Shown piece by piece: positions 57,671-64,000 of a stretch of DNA of 64,000 bases. Every line of letters starts with the position of its first letter. Position 1 is the first letter of the stretch. This stretch comes from Bugula neritina. Taxonomy: Eukaryota; Animalia; Bryozoa. Below the pieces are notes generated by a model that saw only the letters and a list, made by a program, of their open reading frames with translations, did not search any database and had not been told where the DNA came from. Position numbers and translations under genes: made by a program. The stretch is from assembly GCA_964035545.1 (NCBI GenBank), contig OZ037766.1, positions 32,292,773-32,356,772 on the forward strand, in the 5' to 3' direction.

Positions 57671-58826
57671 TTAAAGATAAGTGCGAATGGTGCCCCGAAT
57701 CTGTGCTCGGCAAACAGGACATTCGAAGAGAGCAGAAGTGCAGGAAACGCATGTTACGAGATGACCACACGGGACGAAGGTTACAGCAACTTGCTTGTCC
57801 AAGCAAACCTGAAAGAATATTTACAGTGTCCCTTTGTCTTACCAAGTCTTACAGTCACAAAAGAGTACACAAGTAGCCTCTCTGAAGGCTCATTTGAGTT
57901 TATATCAACAAGTAATAATATTATTTAAAAGAATATTTACCTTGCACGTCAGCTCTGGCTTCAACTCTTTTTCTAGAAAATACCGTAAAAAGTTGTTAGT
58001 ATTATTTATTCAAAACTCTGATCCTTGTACTTGAAGAATGGTAGTAAGTTTTCTGATATAGCTAAATTTACACCATGTCAAATAATCCATCTTTTGTCAT
58101 TCACAGGCAGATAGTTATACAAGATAATTAGCTTGGCTTACTCTTTTCATTGCTTTCAGTTTTCTCCATTGATTTTGGTTCATTCACAATGTTGTCTGTA
58201 ACGTCGCCTGTTTCCATGATCTCTTGCTTTCTTGGATCAGAACCTGATAAAATATAGCAGTCTTTCTATAGTGAAACTATCAATTAATGTTAAAAGTATA
58301 AAGCTATTTCTTCAAATAAATAAACTATTTCAGAATCACACGTTACACAAGTATAGATTTATTTTACAACAAAATTACAATCGCTTTTCATCATTTAGTT
58401 TCTTTTAGGAAATCTAAACAAACCTTTCAAGTGTTTGTCAATGATGTCTTCAATCAGCATGTGGTCATCAACCCTCTCGTAGAACATATCGAGTAGGAGG
58501 TCTGTGTCCATCACTCTCTTCTTGTCAAACTTCTCAATAGCAGCACAAAGATCTTTCAGTTGCTGCTGCTCCTCTTCGCTAGAGAACTGCAGCACAGACT
58601 GGAGAAGAATCTTCCCAACGGCAGTAGCTCCTATATCTGCGTCAACATCACTCTCCTCTGCGTCCATCAGCTCAATGAAGCTGCTGCTTGAGGTGGCAGA
58701 GGCAGCAGTCTCCACTGACTGCTTCTTCAGAGCAGCAGCCTTGTAAGCATTGTTGGGATCTGAGTACTTGACACTTGAAAGCTTTCCATTATTCTCAAAT
58801 CTTGGTTGGTTGATCAAAGTTGTCAT
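57671..58826 (-). CDS. IAP-type C-terminal RING E3 ubiquitin ligase (putative UBA-like region plus RING, no BIR seen; 4 exons, ~224 aa)
   Basis: Exons 58826-58424, 58243-58142, 57972-57941, 57808-57671 (675 nt, GT-AG, phases consistent). The spliced C-terminus is ELTCKVCLDKQVAVTFVPCGHLVTCVSCTSALFECPVCRAQIRGTIRTYL*, the XIAP/cIAP/DIAP-type RING. The start is uncertain: an acceptor at 58830-58831 lies just upstream of the ATG. Confidence 0.8.
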
Positions 58827-59256
58827 TCTCTGTACAATATAAGAGGTTCCATTTGATAACAAACTAACGCTAGTTAGACAGAATGTATAATTTTCTCACA
58901 TAAATAGGTGATTGTAAATAGCACATTGGCTAGATTCAGAAATGTAGACTATAGCAGCAGCATCTGGAATAGGAGAATGATAATTTGAACCATTGGCTAC
59001 AAAATCTGAATTGAAGATATGATGAAAGTGATGCTAGTAGATGATAGGAAATGAAGAAGCACTGTTGAAAGCACAAGTTAGTGTTTAAGTAATGCAGCTT
59101 ATACTGAAAACCCTTATCAATATGAAAGACTGCATCAGCAGATTAGTCAACGTCTCTCAGTGTGAGTATGACTTAGATTGTGAGATTCCCATTCAGCTAA
59201 GGAGGGCCAGTAAGGACCAGATCAATGTGATCCAGCTTTCAGTCCCAGCATTCCCA

Positions 59257-59358
59257 TTGAGACCCAATATTCACATTGAGACCCAATATTCACGTTGAGA
59301 CCCAATATTCACGTTGAGACCCAATATTAACATTGAAACCCAATATTCACATTGAGAC
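59257..59358. repeat. 19-bp tandem repeat x5 (GAGACCCAATATTCACATT)
   Basis: Visible directly. Confidence 0.92.
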
Positions 59359-62300
59359 ATTGAGTGTGACATTACCTATAAGTGAGACTCATTTACATTG
59401 CCACCGTCTACATACTATGTCTATAACTTTAATATAACTGTAACTCCAAGTGTTACTAATTAATGTAACCCTTAGGCTTATCATCATAACTATACTTACA
59501 GTTACTCCCTAGGCTTACCCCTTAGCTCTTACAGCTATAGTACATCTGCTACCTTAGATTCCTCTTAAGTCTTAGAGAAAAAGCAACATTAATCACTAAT
59601 AACTCTGACTTGCTGTAACTGAGAGTTAGAGTGTTACTGTTAGTAAATCGATCTTACTCCTAATCTTACAAGTGTTACTAATCAACATGAATATGTACTT
59701 CTAGTTGTACTCCTAATCCTATCACTATAAAATTAAGTATCACACTTGAGTTTGACTATGCCTATCATCGAATCACTATGAGTTAGTGTTACTCATACTT
59801 ATTGAGTAGGACTTTGATCGCTAACAGTAACTATCACTGCCGTATCACTATAATTTAGATACAATGGTATTTTATTTCCTGTACAGTTGCAGTTGTTGAG
59901 AGTAAGTTAATTTCATTTCATGCTTACAGTTACAGTTACTTATAGTTAGTAACTTACATCTACACTATGACTATGAGTATGACTAACACTAAGAGTAAAA
60001 CTAAAGGTAAAACTAAAATTGCTATCCGCCTATTGTACTCAGAGTAATACTAAAACTAGCGCAGTAACAGTACTCATTACTGGGAGCGGGGCAATAGAAT
60101 AAGAAACTCAAACCGAAAGAGCAAAATCATAATGAGAATCAGAATGACTTTAACCTTATCTTGCCTGTAGGCTGTAATTCAGGTTGTGGCTACGTCTCCT
60201 GCTAGCCAAGTGTTGGCTTGCTGATTAAGTTTAACATCAACAGTAACACTAACTAACTTAAATTCATAAACTTACCCTTAGAAGTTAGAAGTTTTAGTTA
60301 GAGTTACACTGACTTACTCTTACTCTTAGTTTTACTTTTATAATCAGTTCAAGTTGTATCTCAGACACGTTTTTAGAGTAGCTGTGAGTTGGTTTGAAAT
60401 TATATGTCAACTTTCAATTGATTTTTGACAAAATAAAACAGTGGTACTTACGTAGGCAAAGGCCTATCTGATGAAAGTCACTATGACTGCGTGTAAGCAC
60501 GAAGGGTATTCAGGAAAAAATGATTATTAAGATGCTAGTCACGCAAGTTTATAGCAACTAGAAACTCAGGAGAAGGCAACATTGGTATTCGGAATTTCCA
60601 ACGATGAGGAAATTTCATCAATGCCGAATTAAAGTATTATGAAATCAAGGTTAGAATATTTTCTCATTAATATTATTATTATTCTTGTTATTATAACCAT
60701 AATATGACCATAATATTAAAGAGTTGCGAGCTGCAGCTAACAGAAATTTCCTTTCCTCTATCTAACTGGTCACTCATTACTAAAACGAGCTTGTAACATT
60801 GATCTTTGATTCAAAATGTGATCACATTTTTCATAGCAATAATAATTGATTCAACTTATATAACCAACATCACACCTAATTTTGAACTTATTCGAAGTGA
60901 TCATCACATTGAACCACCCTAGAGGAAAGAAATGGGGCTTGTAGCACATATAGGTCTTTATGCAGTTATTATGCAGTCATTGTGCAATAGTCATACACAG
61001 TAAGTACCGTACAAGTACCTGTTGGGCACTTCATCCTGTCTATTATGTGACTATCTCTGAGATATACATTGCCTTGAATCTGAACAGTTTTCAGATACCT
61101 GTCAGTCCTTAGAATAAACCTATTCAGGTACTGTTAGCTCCTACTGATGGAGGGGGGGGGGATAGGGGGTGTCCCCTTACTGGGAGGAGGGGGTGAGTCT
61201 ATATAGTGCTTATATAGAGTTAAAGTTGGCTTGTTAACCAGCACAGATCTGATCTATTGCTTCCTGCTGTGTGTACATTTATCTAATATTCAGAAAAAAA
61301 ACTTAATTACAGTAAGAAATACATGCTGCTGACCTGCTATAATAACTTTAAACAGATTGGTTGGTCTACTCAAACATGTAGAGATTTATATGTATATTAT
61401 TATTATAATTTGGTAATTTTTATGGAATATACATTCATGCAGTTGAATAAATAGAATTATGTGTGTAGTTTAACTGTAAAACAGTAAGTTAAGAAAATTA
61501 GGACCTGTCGGTGAATTAATCAAGCTCTTTTAGTTTTGTTTTTGTGAATTAGCATAGCACAGGCCTTATGCCACCAGAATTGAAGCAAGCATTGAATTTT
61601 TAAGATATCCTACTCATCTTATGTACAAGAATGAAGCTGTAACTGTATAATTATTATATACTCCACAACATGCATTACTACGTTTTACAGCTGTACAATG
61701 CTATTATAGGTGTAACCCTATAATTCATTTTCTCCAGTATTTGTACAACAAATGCCTAGTTGATGTTTAAATTGGCAGCTGACTTTGAAGAATGAATATT
61801 ATTTATAAATAACATACATTACATATATCACTATTTGAACGCCTGCATATACACTCACCCTACAATACACTATACTGCATATGCACAACATACAACATGT
61901 AATAGCATTTTTCTTTACCTATTTTTGTTTTATTGGTTTTATTTTATTTTATTTTTTAGAGGCCTATATTATTTTTTACTTACTACGTCACTATAATTGT
62001 TGTTAAGAAATTATAATAATGTATACATGCATGCATGTTCGTAAACATGTACAAGTACATAATATGTGTGTATTGTAACACACTTGCATGCACATACACA
62101 CACAATCTACGTGCAGTCTTCACAGTCTACATAGTAGCCTATAGAATATAGATAGTACAGATAATGCTCTCTTTGTTCGCCAACTCCACATGTTATAATA
62201 TTATTATAATTATTTTAAAGCCGTGCTTATCTAACTAGAGTTGTCCACTCTTCACAGATGAGCGCGTGCCGGTTTAGTGCGCGGAAACCTTCAACTTTGA

Positions 62301-64000
62301 TTGCCTCTAATGACAAGTTTAAGTTATTGGTTGCTGATGACTTCAGCGAGTCCTGTGTCAGACTCATAGTCGTAGGATTTGGTATTGCACAGGTTATAAT
62401 TAGAATATTTAATATTTATGCAATTACTAACAGTAGACCGGACAGTTTTTATGCAAAAATATTTCATGATTTTGTTAACCTTCCAAGTTTTCTCACCTAG
62501 ACAACTGTGCCTGTAGTCCTGCACGGGTAGCTCCAAGCTGAAGCTGTATCAGTATCACTATCAGTTAAACTCATTGTTGATTGTTCAATTAGTATTACTA
62601 TTACTATTAGTATTACTATTAGTATTAGTGTTACTAATTAGTAATTAGTATTATTCCATTACTGATTTAATTAGTCATTAGTTATTACTTTCTCTTTTAA
62701 TTTCGGCCTTTCCAAAGTCAAGACTAACAGTAACACTGATGCTCATATTTATGCTTAATCCTTTGCACTATCACTAGCACTTTGACTTTGTGACTATCAA
62801 TGTAAAACTAAATGTGTGCAGCCACGCTACAGTGATACTGATACTAATTCTTGATAATTGCATTCACTTACAGTTACAGTTCCTCACTAGTATTACTAGA
62901 AGTTACTGTTAGTGTTAGTCATGTTATTAGTGAAATATTATTACTCTTACAGTATTACTATTACTATTAGTATTAGCATCCCCTATCAGTATCAGTTAAT
63001 AGACTTAGTAAGTAGCTAGCTAACTACTAGTACTAGGTCTAGATTACTAGTAGTACGTCTACTAGTAGTACGTCTACTAGTAGTACGTCTACTAGTAGTA
63101 GTACTAGTTAATAAGTATGACATTAACTTTGAGTGGTTAACAGTAAACTGAATGATAAAATGAAAATGACTCAATGTCATTGCATTTGATGATGGCAATC
63201 AATTTTATTTTTAAAAGACAAGCAGTTGCACTGACTCACAGTTACTATCAGTATCATTATGACTATCATGTTGAATAACTGCAAGCAAATCAAGTCATGG
63301 TGATGATTTAAAAGTTAGTATGTGGTATGTGACTAAGTCGATCAGGTTCAACACTTGATAGTCAATTGACCTGCATGTTTCAGTCTGTAGTTCAATCAAT
63401 AATATACCACAGATTTATATTAAGTAATGTATTTTATATACTTAATATTGTGATGTATGCAATAGTTTTAGTTGTTTTAAAGTGACTATTTCAGTATTTA
63501 TCTGTAATAAATAAAAAATAATGCTAATGCCAATAGTAATACTAATAATAATACAGATAGGAATAATGGCATGAGCCAGAGATAAAAAACAACTCACTTT
63601 GATTGTGTAGATATTGGGGCCACATTACCATCAGATGCCCACCCTGGCCTATTGCGCAATAAGTTTGTGTTCTAGCCACTAGACAGGGCTGTTTCTCGGC
63701 CTGAGATAAATTGCATTTTAAATACGGCAGGTTTAAATCTTTGTATTACTAAAACGCTGTTCAATCGTTATGATTAAACAACTTTATTAATACGCTTGCT
63801 ATAAATTAGATTGTGCAACTTGCCACCAGTTTAAAGGCTTACAGGAGAAAGTCAGTTTATATTGTCAAGTTAAATGAAGTCCATAGATATTAGTCAGTCA
63901 GTCAAGTCAATCATCTAAACAAGTATAACTAGTCTCAGTTCTGTTTGCAATTCCTTGAGGTATAGTTACTATTAGTGATTGTAATGTACTCATAGTTAAA

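Noticed and set aside
60590-60750. NF-kB-like words (GGAATTTCC, GGAAATTTC, GAAATTTCC) upstream of the IAP-like gene
   Set aside because: None is a full GGGRNWYYCC match, such words are frequent in AT-rich DNA and the TSS is unknown.

Overview
This is AT-rich, intron-containing genomic DNA from an invertebrate animal; the species cannot be determined from the sequence. Most ORF-track entries are single exons or repeat artefacts. Reading GT-AG junctions by hand gives the following layout. (1) 1.4-29.7 kb: a tandem cluster of five apparently intact 9-exon SLC36/PAT proton-coupled amino-acid transporter genes (orientation + - - - +, 475-480 aa). They share exon phases, all carry an N-terminal ExxxLL sorting motif, show exon-by-exon sequence homogenisation, and have paralog-specific changes in the TM1/TM6 substrate motifs. 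(2) 29.8-50.2 kb: a tandem segmental duplication carrying two 4-exon GNAT genes of the insect-type arylalkylamine N-acetyltransferase (iaaNAT/Dat) family. Copy 1 is a pseudogene (frameshift, nonsense codon, GC donor). Copy 2 is intact (242 aa) but its intron 3 holds a 10.8-kb TA-flanked TIR element with (TA)n inside its ends, a minisatellite built from its subterminal motif and a ~560-bp internal inverted repeat. (3) 52.3-53.3 kb: a MITE nested in another MITE. (4) 57.7-58.8 kb, minus strand: a 4-exon gene ending in a canonical IAP-type RING finger that the ORF track misses, with no BIR domain visible. The window also has many mini- and microsatellites, two long palindromes beside (TA)n tracts and two tRNA-like repeats. 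No CRISPR array or rRNA gene was seen. All coordinates and identities were counted by eye.
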